Shown: positions 14,493 to 27,779 of the stretch, one piece after another
Numbering within the stretch: position 1 is the stretch's first letter
Layout: each line of letters begins with the position of its first letter
Assembly (NCBI RefSeq): GCF_006345805.1
Contig: NC_043011.1
Location: 11,656,001-11,720,000, forward strand
Direction of reading: 5' to 3'
DNA from: Octopus sinensis
Taxonomy: Eukaryota
DNA length: 64,000 nt
Made by a program: the position numbers and the translations under genes
Notes under the pieces: model-generated
The model's database searches: none
The model's input: the letters and a program-made list of their open reading frames with translations, nothing else
What the model was told of the DNA's origin: nothing

Positions 14493-16079
14493 ATATATAT
14501 ATTTCTATACTTGCAGAGATACCCGGCGTTGTCCGTGTTACATGCAATTGAAGAATTAGACTTTCCTTTTATATTTTCTCTAATGAACTGGAATACCTAT
14601 GTTTCGAATTTCATCAAAATTGCAGATGAGGGTTATTTCCCTCTTTACACACCCTAAAAAAATTGTAATCGTGCCACATGTATCCCATACTACTGATTTT
14701 TATGCACATATTCCAAAATTCCAGTCTTATAGAAACTGTTTAAAGGATTTTGCTCCTGAAAAATGAAGGTCATGGAGCTCTAAAATGTGAGAGTTAAGGC
14801 CTCTGTTGGAGGTGGGCATCTTAATGTAAACCAGAGAAGTTGAATTGTTGAGAATCTTTTTAACTTGGGTCTTATATCTATTGTTTGAATTTCTTTGAAA
14901 TAGAAAATATATGTTCACTGGGTTTGTAAAAGAGAGCAAAGCTACAGGAAACCAAAAGACCAATGATCACAATAAGCAGTTAGCTACCTTACCCTAGTCA
15001 TTACCACTCCCAATGTAGGATTCCTCACCATCCAGGTGACAGGCACAGCTGTGAGATGCATTACAAATGTATAGCAATTGGAAGGGCGTGACCCAACTGA
15101 AATAAACATTAACAACTGTGTGACATGAGGGCTAAGGAGAAATGAAAGTGTCACCTCTAGAGTTTGCAAATGACCACTATACTGATACGTAACTGGACAG
15201 AATAAATTTACAATCTATAAATGTCTTTGAATAACCAGTCACTCATCTGGGAAGGCCTTGAAATCAATGTTACCATGTGGGGACTATGTGTGACCCAGTG
15301 ATAATAAAAAGACTGAAAGGAGGTCTGCAATCATAACTTTACTCAACACTTTGCAACTGAATCAGTGGAGTCAAAGATGCCTCTCATTTACTTGGCAATT
15401 TATGCACCACATTGCAGAAATCACAATGTAAGTGTATGTCAAAGCAAACTCTTACACTGTTGTACCATTGAATTACAAATAATGCTCATCTTTTATGCTC
15501 GGGTAACCCTACAGCTTCCAAGAGCACAACAGTATTCGTTTTTGCTTAGATAAAATGACAAAATTGTGGGTGTTAAGTCCCCATGGAGTGCTCTTTCTGA
15601 CTTGTAAGAAGATGAAATTTTATAAATATTACTGCATTTGTGTCTAAAATCTGTGGTTAAAATTTCATCAACAGCAAAAATATATGAATTGTCATGAGGT
15701 TGTAGCCGTTATGCATAGAATATAATTTCCAAATTTCATAAAGATCCATTCAGTACTTTTGAGGTAGTTTTGGATCATAAAAGAAATGACTAAAATTTGG
15801 GAGTTAAGGTCCCCATTAAGGTGTTATATATATTATATATATATATATATATGTTAAAATTATAAATTAGGGTATCTATGAGATACCACCATGCTGAAAA
15901 TAGCAGCCATGATCTGACTCAAACCACCTTAATTGTCCATATATCAACACGGAGAGAAAACAAAGAGACAAGATGAAACTAGTAAAAAATTATTGGATAA
16001 TTCTAGATCCCGGATTTCTGACTTTTCATTTAGTGATACTTTGCCTCATCAGTAGAATACACACAGAAGAGAAACATAA

Positions 16080-16122
<43 letters not shown>

Positions 16123-16424
16123 AGCACAACATACGAATACTTACATATATGAACGTATACCCACATTTATATGCATGTATGCATCATGGCCAGTTCAAAA
16201 TGCCTGCCGTTTAATGTGAGATATGTGAGATATGGTCAAAATATACAGTGACGAAATAAATTTTGGATGTGAATATAATCACAACAGTCAAATTGACAAC
16301 TATGGTGGGGATACCTGTGTTATGAAGAGTGGATGTTTCTTTGGTAGTACAAGTAATCAACACTTGATGATAAAAGATTCTAATGATTCAGGCTAATCAA
16401 AAAGGCTTGGTAATATGTAGATAA

Positions 16425-16655
16425 GGCGGCGAGCTGGCAGAATCGTTAGCATGCCAGGCGAAATACGTAGCCGTATTTCGTCTGCCGTTACGTTCTGAGT
16501 TCAAATTCCGCCGAGGTCGATTTTGACTTTCATCCTTTTGAGGTCGATAAATTAAGTACCAGTTATGCACTGGGGTCGATGTAATCGACTTAATCCGTTT
16601 GTCTGTCCTTGCTTGTCCCCTCTGTGTGTAGCCTCTTGTGGGCAATAAAGAAACA
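16425..16655 (+). mobile_element. tRNA-derived SINE family B with 13-bp TSD
   Basis: Head GGCGGCGAGCTGGCAGAATCGTTAGC; TSD AATATGTAGATAA at 16412-16424 and 16656-16668. Confidence 0.88.
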
Positions 16656-16865
16656 AATATGTAGATAAATCATATCTAAGAATCTTGAGGTGCAAGATTA
16701 AAATGTATAGAATTATCTTGTATTGCAGAACCATTCAGTTGATGCTGATATTGAAAAATAAAAAAAAAACCTGATGTTAAAATGACAATAATAATCTATC
16801 AAGTTCACATTGATTTTGTATCTTTCTCTTTCTCATTGCTATTTTTTGTCTTTTGTTTATTGCAG

Positions 16866-17027
16866 GTGTTGAGCCATTCAAAGAAGAATATGTATCAGAG
16901 TCTGTGTTAAAACGTCTCTTGAAAGAGTACGTAATGAGAGAAATTTGTGTAAATCATGATGATGACCAAGCCAACTACCTCTTCAGAGAAGGACAACCAT
17001 GTGATTTTTTTGTCCTTATTTTGCAAG
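16866..17027 (+). CDS. CNNM: CNNM-family metal transporter, internal exon (start of cyclic-nucleotide-binding homology domain)
   Basis: Polypyrimidine+AG at 16864-65, GT donor at 17028; 162 bp, phase 1-1. Translates (G)VEPFKEEYVSESVLKRLLKEYVMREICVNHDDDQANYLFREGQPCDFFVLILQG, which resembles the CNNM 'SEKILLRLLK...DYFVLILQG' segment (recalled, not aligned). Upstream exons not found in the window. Confidence 0.9.
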
Positions 17028-17358
17028 GTTAGGTTATAAAATTTTTTCTTTGCACCAAGTACTAATATCCAACTGTTTCCCTTATGGAAAAATTTAAAAA
17101 AATTTTCCTTACTTTGTTTTCTCAGGTAAGATTACATATATTGGCTTACACTGTTGAGAATGTAGCAAATTTCTTCGATGATCATCTTATTGCAGCTAAA
17201 TAGACCCTCCTTTACACCCTGAGTCTTGGCAGCTGAAGTCTGGACATACTGACTAGAAACTAAAAGCCAATTTTCCAAACATCATAGAAAATCACTAGAG
17301 CCCCAAGGAACTGATTACAATTGGTATCATTAAAACAGATAGCATTCATGAAGTTAGA

Positions 17359-17567
17359 TACTCTTACTCTTTTACTTGTTTCAGTCATTTGACTGCGGCC
17401 ATGCTGGAGCACCGCCTTTAGTCGAGCAAATCGACCCCGGGACTTATTCTTTGTAAGCCCAGTACTTATTCTATCAGTCTCTTTTGCCGAACCGCTAAGT
17501 GACGGGGATGTAAACACACCAGCATCGGTTGTCAAGCAATGCTAGGGGAACAAACACAGACACACAA

Positions 17568-17631
<64 letters not shown>

Positions 17632-17793
17632 GACAGGCTTCTTTCAGTTTCCGTCTACCAAATCCACTCACAAGGCATTGGTCGGCCTGGGGCTATAGCA
17701 GAAGACACTTGCCCAAGATGCCACGCAGTGGGACTGAACCCGGAACCATGTGGTTGGTAAGCAAGCTACTTACCACACAGCCACTCCTGTGCC
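17359..17793 (-). mobile_element. SINE family A, full length
   Basis: Near-identical to 3061-3473. Confidence 0.85.
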
Positions 17794-17989
17794 TAGATAG
17801 ACTTGTATGATAAATAATGTTTCAGATATGGCTCATTTTTTCAGACCCGTGATTGATATGTGATGGAAGAACAGGAAGAAATTCATAAAAAAAGAAAACA
17901 AAACAAAAACCCTGAAATAAGTGGAAATGACCCGGTATAAAGCAGGTGGTAGGTCAAGCGATCAATGGCAAAGCAAGCAAAATAGGATG

Positions 17990-18665
17990 AGTAAAGAAAA
18001 AAAAAACTAGATGGATTTGGAGAATCCACATCAGTTTCTTTTGCAATTTCTTTGAAGAACATAGTATTTCTTGGTTTTTGTGTAAATCTGTTGGTACATA
18101 ACTTAATGCACGTGTGATGATAGGTATAAATGAGAATTTATAGCCAGAGTGCAAGAGTTGTAAGTTTTGCATTAATTTGCAATAAATGCTCTCTTTTTCT
18201 TGTGCTTTCAATGGTACATTCACATTCAGTGGGCAGCTGACTTCTACAACAGTGTTTGACTTTTTTCCCTGTCCCACAGAACAATATCGGGTCTGTTATG
18301 TTTGCACCAAATTGCTGTTTTCATTGGCATGTTCCACCAATATTCCTTGTTTTCAAGATATAAATACTTGCTGGTTCTGGCATGCCTTTGATGCAGCCCT
18401 TCCTGTGAATACCATTGTAAGTAGTCTTCATTTCAGGGGCAGATAGTATCTCATTGACATTTTGAGACAGCTTCTGATGATGTTGGTGATATCTTATTCA
18501 CTGGCATAGCAGAGCTGACATTTTCTATCATGATACGGAAGCTGGTATTATCTTTGTTCCTCTTATTTATCAGATATTTAGTAGCTGTCTCCCTGGATAA
18601 TAAAGGCATACCTTTCTAGGTGTAATGTATCTATCATAGGTCCAAGAGAGGCTATTCTTCTTGTC
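17990..18665 (-). mobile_element. Restriction-like-endonuclease (R4/HERO-type) LINE 3' remnant
   Basis: Zinc-knuckle remnant KCQLCYASE*DITNIIRSCLKMSMRYYLP, then WWNMP…KHNRPDIVLWD and VVEVSCPLNVNV…KEKESIY…FIPIITRAL (PD-(D/E)xK RLE signature). Confidence 0.75.
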
Positions 18666-18674
18666 AATACTGTT

Positions 18675-19072
18675 TTTTCGGTTTGAACGGCAGTTTTTTC
18701 TAGCGGTATCATATGAAATTGTCACCCATAATTATGACCCTAGTATCGATCTATTGCATTTCAATCTGTTTTAGGGTTAGGGGTGGGGGGAAGGGTATCT
18801 CTTTTTACTTCAGAAATGTAAATAAACCCAATCTGTTTCTTAAACAAGGGACATATTCATACGGCACAGAATGTTTTCACCTCAGTAGACGTCATTGATT
18901 GGTTGAAATTGAAGAAAAAAACCCAAGAAATATCTTACAAACTATAGAATTTTCTCAATAAAGCCAAGAGAAAAAGATGTTTTATAAAGATATTTTCTAC
19001 CATACGAAGTTTAAAAGTGTTTAGTTACGTGGAAATTATTAAAAAAAACTGCCGTTCAAACCGAAAAGATCC
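18675..19072. mobile_element. MITE, same family as 61204-61611 (Merlin-like)
   Basis: TIRs TTTTCGGTTTGAACGGCAGTTTTT / AAAAACTGCCGTTCAAACCGAAAAGATCC; left tip eroded. Confidence 0.85.
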
Positions 19073-19371
19073 CACTAGCTGTGTCGTTCTATTTGTTTTG
19101 AAAGCAATCAAGAATTTACTTGCATTTGATTAATATATGTGAAGCTGATGTTTGAAATGAAACTTAAAAAGTTATTGCATAAAAATTCTGATGGCAGGAT
19201 TAACTTTTAACATACTTGAAACCCAGACATATTAAGAAAGAAAACCCAATGATTAGAAAAGAATGTTTTTCCATCTGAGGCAACTGGAACTATGCTTTTG
19301 TTGTAACAGCTGAAGTGTTCAGTGGCAGCAGCAGCAGCCATAATGTAATCTCTGTCATTTCTCTTTCGCAG

Positions 19372-19455
19372 GACATGTAAATGTAATTGTTGGAAAGGAA
19401 CGCATGGTTTTTGATGGTGGACCATTTTCATATTATGGAGTGGAAGCACTAATGA
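19372..19455 (+). CDS. CNNM: CNNM-family transporter, internal exon
   Basis: TTCGCAG acceptor, GTAAGT donor; 84 bp, phase 1-1. HVNVIVGKERMVFDGGPFSYYGVEALM matches the CNNM 'VEVxxGKExxxFExxxFSYYGxxAL' segment; in frame with both flanking exons. Confidence 0.9.
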
Positions 19456-19782
19456 GTAAGTAATTATGGTATTTTGGTTGTTTGGAGTTATTGGTTTGTA
19501 TTTGTTTTGGTGTGTGTATGTTGGATGAAATTAGTTTGCTGGTTTTATGTGTTTGTATGCTGGGTTTTTTTTTTCTTTTTAGACTTTTTTAAGTCTTTTC
19601 TCTCATTCTCTCCTTTCTTCCTTTCCACTTTCTATTTCCTTCCCCTTTGTTCTTTTCCTTCTTATCTCAACTTTCCCTCTCTCCATTCTCTTCTTTCTAC
19701 TATTTTTCACATTTTCCTCTGTACCCCTCTTTTTCATTCTCTCTCCATCTCCTCCCTATTCCCCCTCTGCTTTTTCCTTTAA

Positions 19783-20004
19783 CCCTTTAGTATTTAAACT
19801 GGCCACATCCAGCCAAAATATCCTCCCTGTTTTAAGTTAAAACTGGTCAGATATGGTCTTTCATAGCTACCTCACAGTGTCATTTTTAAATATAAACAAT
19901 CACATCGTTGAAATCACAAGGCCACGAAATAATGCATAATTAATTCAAATTGGTGTAAATACATAAACTTTACATTCGACAGAATAATCTGAATGCTAAA
20001 AGGG
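19783..20004. mobile_element. piggyBac-like MITE
   Basis: TTAA|CCCTTTAG…CTAAAAGGG|TTAA. Confidence 0.8.
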
Positions 20005-20579
20005 TTAACAGTTTTACTGTGTTAAGATGGCATATAAGGCTGGGATTAATTTGGCTGCTCTGTATCTTATTAAAACTCTAAAGATATAGTACCTGAAGAC
20101 ATAGCAGTGTATGTCATATTGACCCGCGATTCTGTTGGTATCTTTCATTTTCTTTTTTGTCTGTTGTCCCTATTGCATAGAATCTTCCAAATTGTAATAG
20201 TCAGTATAGAGGTTTTTGAGACAGGGGCAGCTAACATAGTTGTTTCAAGGGAATGTATGTTGTTCTCTTATGTGGTGACAAGACAAATCTTTGATACCAA
20301 CTACATGATAGAAAGCCTCTAAATCTTCCTTCTGAATGACTGTTTCCTTCATTTTTTGCACCATCTCCTCCACATCATTGTCACTAGTGAGTGTGGAATG
20401 GTTTTTTGCAAAACTTCAGATTTGCATGTAAATTATGATAGCTGCATTTACCTAAAGCAAGCCTTATATTTGGTATCTTGCATATAAATACAAACAGTGT
20501 AATAATAGCCTTGTTTAGGGCACACAGTGCAATGACTAGCTGCTAGCCATAAACTGGTGATATTCAACTGAGAGATAGG

Positions 20580-21190
20580 TGTAATAATAATAATAATAAT
20601 AATGAAATTATTGTATACAGTGCTCAGGTGCACCACAACTTGTCAGACAGTGCGTATAAAGTCTGGAAAGCGAACAATGTATGAGTCAGATACATGCTTG
20701 TGTGTGTATGGAGGGGAGAAAATCAGGTGTAGTGTTGGCGAATCTCAGGAAGCATGGGAGTTTTGAAGGATGCAGTGCTCCGACAACTAACAACTGATGC
20801 CTGCAGTTTGTTCCATGCTTCAGCAACTCTTAGCATGAAAAAATGTTTCCTAAAGTCATGGGAGCTGTGCTGTTTTCTGACTTTGTAAATATGTCCACAG
20901 GTGTTAGACGGGTGGAGTTTGAAAAGGTGCTCAGAGTTATTGTTTGTAAGATGGTTGATAATTTTATGGGTGTCTGCCAAGTCAGCTGCCAGATGTCGGA
21001 GTTTCAATGTGTCCATGCCCAGGGAAGTAAGGCGTTCAGAATATGGCAAATGCCTGATGGAGGGTATTCTTTTGGTTGCACGTCGCTGAACGGCTTCCAG
21101 ACGATTAATATCCTGGGCAAGATAGGGGTTCCAGACTGGTGATGCAAATTCCTGGTGAGGTCTTACCATAGCTATATAAAGCCGCAGATA
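20580..21190 (-). mobile_element. CR1/L2-type LINE 3' fragment with (TAA)n tail
   Basis: MVRPHQEFASPVWNPY…LEAVQRRATKRIP…LPYSERL…RKHFFMLRVAEAWNKL. Confidence 0.88.
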
Positions 21191-22630
21191 GATAGTATTA
21201 CAGGCTTGTTCTTGTCCAGAGCAAACTGGAGCAAGTAGTGTTATGCTTTGTCCAAGAAGAGAAATAGCAGTGATTCTTGCAAAGCTTAAACGCCTTAGAA
21301 CCTGGTTAGTAGTCCAGCAATTAAGCCACAAATCAATAAAAATATATAATTAATGAGAGAGAGAGATGGGGAGGGAAGAAGAGAAAGAGAACTTAGCCTA
21401 ACCTAGCAGGTGGAGTTTGGTAAGATTCTAAATATTGCTTTCATTTTTTAAAAATGACCAGAAATGGCCCGATTTCTTTGTATGACCACCCTCCCTGTAC
21501 ATAACTCCCTGTCCCCCTACATGGCCTTGCTTTTGCTTTTTGAGCCAATAAAAATTGAATTGAATTGAATTGAAATTATAAATGATTGTAGTTATTCCAT
21601 ACAACAATCAATAAAAATTTTGCTTCGATAACATTCATGCATATTATATAGATGAATGTGAATTTGCAGTTATTTTATTCATCTCTAATATTTTGCTCTT
21701 GATCACATGAAATTAAACCATAAATTAATCCAGAAACTCTAAAATCCAACTAGAATCACTGGATTTTGAGTTTTTAGTTTGATATTTTGCATTTTCTGAA
21801 TTCACTTTACAGGTTAACATCTACTCACATTCTAGACTGCAATTTTCCTTTGAAATGCAGGGTTTGCTCATAGATGTTGGGCTATATGAAGGTTAAATTC
21901 TTCTTAACACTGTTGATTTCATTCAGTGAGATGAAAATCACAGTCATTTAACTTTCTTTCATAAGAGTTTTCAACTCAGAAACTAAACTGGCACATTAAG
22001 ATATCAAAACGTCAAATGAGTTTGAAGTTTCTTTGTACATTCACTTGTCTTGTTCCACGTGGAATGGTGATAATGATTTTTCACTACATGCAACAGATTG
22101 CAAAATGTTTGTCATTGTTGGAAGGATTTCACTTGACCTCTCACAGAATTTAAGAAGTAGGTTCTTCAGATTTTGTCTGAAATCAATAGTATGGTAAATT
22201 GCATTGGATAAAACCTAGCTTAACAAGTCTACCATAAGTAGATTTGTTTTTATCATACAAATAATTGCTATTTATCTATTTTAAGCTTAGCCAGGAGGAA
22301 ATAAGAATGCTATTAGTTAAAAATAAACAAGGGTTCTTGTCTCCTTGAAGCATTATCTGCCTTTAGCGAACTCAACTATGTTAAGGGTACATGTGTCTGT
22401 GGAGTGCTCAGCTACTTGCATGTTGATATCATGAGCAGGCTGTTCCATTGATCGGATCAACTGGAACCCTCATCATCATAACTGACGGAGTTCCATTATG
22501 ATGATAGTAAGGGCTCCATTGACAAGTGGCAGTAAGTAGGAAATGATAAGCACTAGTAATACATTGGTGTTACTTTAATTTGTATTTTTGAATCAATAAT
22601 TATTTTTCTTTCTTTCTCTCATTCTTTCAG

Positions 22631-23490
22631 ACGTCCCAAGATCAGTTATTTCCCCTGGAAGTTCTTTTGGAAGTGAAGCGCTAAAACAAGAAACCTACAT
22701 CCCTGACTACTCAGTAAAAGCACTCACTGATCTTCAATATTTGTTGATTCCTCGTGGGAAATACATAGCAGCTCGACGGGCAACACTATTTGGTCAGAAG
22801 CGGGAGTCATTGGCATCCCAGATTGAAGCTGAGACATTTAAGCAGGAGTTGAACAAAACTAAATCATCTCATAACGGACATGGTCATGCCCTTTGGAAAC
22901 CCACAGTGGAAGACGATGGGTCCCCGTTCAGCTCTAACAGCAGACGTGCTTCAGACGGAACAATTCATAAATACAATTACTTCAGTGGCAAATGTAGTAG
23001 TGGTGTAATTGCTGGCGGCAGCAGCAGTTCGGTAAATGTTATGAAAGAAGCAGCAGTGTCAGCATCATCAGCAGTTGCGTCATCGGGAGCAGCATCCAGA
23101 GCGGTGCCCATGCAGAAGTCTGTGTCGTCAGGCTACATTTCAAATTTGAAGCAGAATCTATCTTCTCACGAGGTGAAGGAAGCTGGCGGCATCATCAGCA
23201 GCGGAGATGTCAGCAGCAGTGGAGGAGGTGATGCTCATCATCATCATCACCATCACGGTGGCAATGACAGCAGCATGGAGACGAGGAAGCTTCTACTTCC
23301 AAACAACGAAGAAGAAGAGGAGGAGGAAGATTGCGACGAAGGTGATGGTCGTGGTGATTGTGATAACTCTACTGTCGCTAACCCTGCTGATGCTGTTGCT
23401 ACCAGCACTACAATCCAGTCTGAGACTGACTCAAATAACACTAATCAAGTCGGGGGAGCCGGTGGCGAACGAACACCTCTCGTAGTGTGA
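22631..23490 (+). CDS. CNNM: CNNM-family transporter, last coding exon (end of CNBH domain plus low-complexity C-terminal tail)
   Basis: TTCTTTCAG acceptor; ...ETYIPDYSVKALTDLQYLLIPRGKYIAARRA matches CNNM 'PDYSVRALSDLQF'; continues in frame into the ORF 22741-23490 ending in TGA. Confidence 0.9.
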
Positions 23491-24189
23491 TATCTAAGTG
23501 AATTTTAAGCTCACTGAATGACTTACCATCCAGACAAGGAAGAGTTGCGGTGGTGGTGGTGGTGGTGGTAAATGCCTGATTATGATACATGAACACATGT
23601 AAACATCATGCACTACAAAAACACAAGATATACGTGGACATAGACATTATTATGTACACACTTATGTGATTCCCCAAATGCACCTGCAAATGTATACACA
23701 CCTGTAAGCATATACACTGACATTGACATACATAATTTATATATACACACACATTCGTTTTCTATGTAAATAGACTCTTGTTTAGACACATACTTATACA
23801 TGTAAACATATACAACCACACAAATATTTGTTTTTGTTAAAAAAGAAATTGAAAGGAAGCGTTACAAATACATAGGGGAAAGGATGGATGAAATTTTGAG
23901 AGATAATTTGTACATAAATTGAGGGATCAGAGATAGAGGCAATATAAGCAGAGCACAGAAATATTATAAGAACAAATCAATGAACAATAGCAAGTGCCCA
24001 AGCAGCAGCAAAAAATGACATAATAATAACATAGTGTCAGCACTAACAACAGCAGTAGTGACAATAATGTCGTTAACACAATTATTCTACTAAAACCAAT
24101 TCCAAAAACAAGGAAATAATCTTTATACACATTTATTCTCATGTCCAATTTATCTCTTTCTTTCTTCTGTAACACTCAAATAGTTATGT

Positions 24190-24358
24190 TACTCAATATA
24201 TGTGTGTGTGTGTATGTGTGCACGTGTGTGAATGTGTGTGTGCTTGTATATATATATATATAATTACATACATTTTAGAATATAGATATACTTCTGTATA
24301 TATATATATATATATATAGATATATATGTATATATATATATGTATATATATATATATG

Positions 24359-24413
<55 letters not shown>

Positions 24414-24910
24414 CAAAATGGGACAAGAACGCAAAACATCCAGACAGTTAAGTGATACAAAAAAAGGACAACAAAACATCCAGAAAGACAATACAAAGAA
24501 AACAAGGATGGGTCATTCGGAGTTTTCTTTCCTCTGTGCACACACACACTGACACACATGTACACACAATGAAAATATATCAACTGATATAGGTGATAGC
24601 ACAACTGTGTAGTTAAAAAAAATTATTCACTTCTCAACTACATGGTTTTTTCAGTTCAGCCTCACTTTGTGATACTTTGGGTGAGTGTCTTCTATTATAG
24701 TCCCTAGGCTGACCAATGCTTTATGAAAGAGTCTGATAGGTTTGGTTGACTGAAACTGTATAAAATCTGTCATACACACACACACACGCACATATATACA
24801 CACATATATATACATATATATATAATCATATATATATATATATATATATAAAATCATATATATATATACATACATATATAATATATATATATATACATAC
24901 ATATATATAT

Positions 24911-24956
<46 letters not shown>

Positions 24957-25046
24957 TATATTATATACATATATATATAATATATATACACATATATATA
25001 TATACACATATATACATATATACACATATATATATATATATATATA

Positions 25047-25120
<74 letters not shown>

Positions 25121-25136
25121 CTATATATATATATAC

Positions 25137-25200
<64 letters not shown>

Positions 25201-25276
25201 CATACATATATATATATATATATACATATATATATTATATATATATATATATATTATATATATACATACATATATA

Positions 25277-25318
<42 letters not shown>

Positions 25319-25378
25319 CATATATATCTATATATATATATATATATATATATACATACATATATAATATATATATAT

Positions 25379-25411
<33 letters not shown>

Positions 25412-25440
25412 CACATATAATATATACACATATATATATG
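24190..25440. repeat. Large (TA)n/(TACA)n microsatellite fields (others at 12060-12375, 13863-14500, 36120-36384, 40440-40760)
   Basis: Read directly from the sequence; these explain the YIYI ORFs. Confidence 0.97.
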
Positions 25441-25819
25441 TATATGTGTATGTTTTTGTCCTGCATATTTTGCATGGAAAAGCTTTCAATACTAAGTAGT
25501 GAAGTTTGTAGTCACTTATCTATCAATACATCGTTTGCTACTCTGCACTTTCAAAGATATGTGGAACAAGAGATCCTTTACTCGAAAAATAGAGTAATAA
25601 CTGACGACAGGAAGGAAATCCAACTGTGAAAAAATGTCTCAATTATATATATATATGTATTCATCTAACCTAGTCTAACATGGAAAAAAAAAGGCATAAA
25701 AATATGAACAACATATCTGTAGTTACATACATATAAGTATGTAGGTATACCTATATATTTCTGTGTGTTTCTTAATGTAATCATCCAACTCACACTGAAA
25801 TGATACTGGTAAAAATTAA

Positions 25820-26049
25820 GGCGGCGAGCTGGCAGAAACGTTAGCACGCCGGGCGAACAGCGTAGCCGTATTTCGTCTGCCGTTACGTTCTGAGTTCAGA
25901 TTCCGCCAAGGTCGACTTTGCCTTTCATCCTTTCGGGGTCGATAAATTAAGTACCAGTTACGCTCTGGGGTCGATATAATCGACTTAATACCTATGTCTG
26001 TCCTTGTTTGTCTCCTCTGTGTTTAGCCCCTTGTGGGTAGTAAAGAAAT
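25820..26049 (+). mobile_element. SINE family B
   Basis: Matches 16425-16655. Confidence 0.85.
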
Positions 26050-26301
26050 CGGTAAAGATTGTGTGTGTGTGTGCGTGTGATCATCATCATTTTATATCTA
26101 CTTTCCATGCTGGTTTTAGGTAGATGGCTTGTCGTGGTTTCAGTCAGTTCATATTCGGAGTTACTGACATTTAAGATGGGTGAAAGGACTATGTCCCACT
26201 TGTACATTCCAGTTTTTAGCATGGGTTTTTTATATCCGGATGCCCTCCCTAACACCAGTCTGTAGTGTAGTGGGTGCATTTTATGATTAAAAGATCATTA
26301 A

Positions 26302-26774
26302 CCCTTTCGTTACCAACCCGGCTGAAACCGGCTCTGGCTCTGAGCACAAATGTCTTGTTTTCATAAGTTTTGAATTAAAATCTTCCACCAAACCTTAGTC
26401 ACAATTTATGTTCCTAACACTAGCTGAATAATAACTAGGTTATTTTATTGAATTCTTTGTTATATTTAAAGCAATTGAAAGAAACGTGAAGTATCCCAAA
26501 ATAAATACAGTAACAAAAGGGTTAAAATATATAATAGAGAAACAATTCTTAGCCCTTTTGATACCAACCTAGCAGAAACCACTTCTGGTTCTGTAGTACA
26601 AATGTCTTGTTTTCATAAGTTTTGAATTAAAATCTTCCACCAAACCTTAGTCACAATTTATTGTTCCTAACACTAGCTGAATGATAACTAGGTTATTTTA
26701 TTAAATTCCTTGTTATATTTAAAGCAATTGAAAGAAACGTGAAGCATCTCAAAATAAATATAGTAACAAAAGGG
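26302..26774. mobile_element. Two adjacent piggyBac-like MITEs (26302-26521 and 26553-26774)
   Basis: CCCTTT…AAAGGG termini with TTAA (one TTAG) flanks; internal sequences nearly identical. Confidence 0.85.
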
Positions 26775-27736
26775 TTAAACAGGTTAGTGTGTTCTCAGCA
26801 AAATTAGAATTGTCTCAATGCTACCTTATTCCTGCTTGTTTGCCTACCACTCTCAGACGCACGCACACACTCTCTCTCTCTCTCTCTCTTGAAAACGTCT
26901 GTCTGTCTGTCTAACTGTTTCTGTGTTTTCTCTCTGTTTCTTCCTTCTTCGCTTCTTTCTCTTTCTCCCACCACTCACATTTGTTTACAAATAAATAATT
27001 CCCTACATGTTATTAGATATTAATTTTTTCGGTTATGTTAGAAGAATTTTAAGAAAAATAGCAAAACATCTACTGATGGCAAAACGCAATACTAAAATTA
27101 GAATCAAATTCATTATTAAAATAGTTTTGACTCGGCCTTCAGGTTTCAGCAAACAGCTTAATAATGAAGGACTTAAATTTTCTTTTTAATATTTTTATAG
27201 GGACAAAGTGGTGAACTCGCAGAATTGTTAGCATGCTGGGCAAAATGCCTAGTGGCATTTCGTCCATCTTTATGTTCTGGGTCAACTTTGCCCTTCATCC
27301 CATTGAGGTCAATAAAATAAGTACCAGTAGAACACTAGGGTCAATGTAATCACCTTACTCCACTTCCATCGAAATTGCTGGCCTTGAACCAAAATTTGAG
27401 ATTAATATTTATATAGAGACAAATGAAGTGCTTTATATATTAGCCTGAAGTTGATGAAACCCAAAGGGGCCATACCAGTTTCTCAATTTTACGTTAACAT
27501 GAATGAATATGTGTGTTGGAAAGGGACGAGTGGGTGTTTGAATGTATGTTTATGTGTGTATTTGGAGTTGCAGCTGCTCAGGAAGTGCTTTGATCTCAGA
27601 TTATATTTGGATAATAATTTACTCTACATGGTTTCCAGTGAAATTGTGTTAACAAATACTACAAAAGTGAATGTAACTGTACAGTATACTTGTACTTTAA
27701 GTGGCTACCTTGACATTTCTATGATGTAATTATTTG

Positions 27737-27778
<42 letters not shown>

Positions 27779-27779
<1 letters not shown>

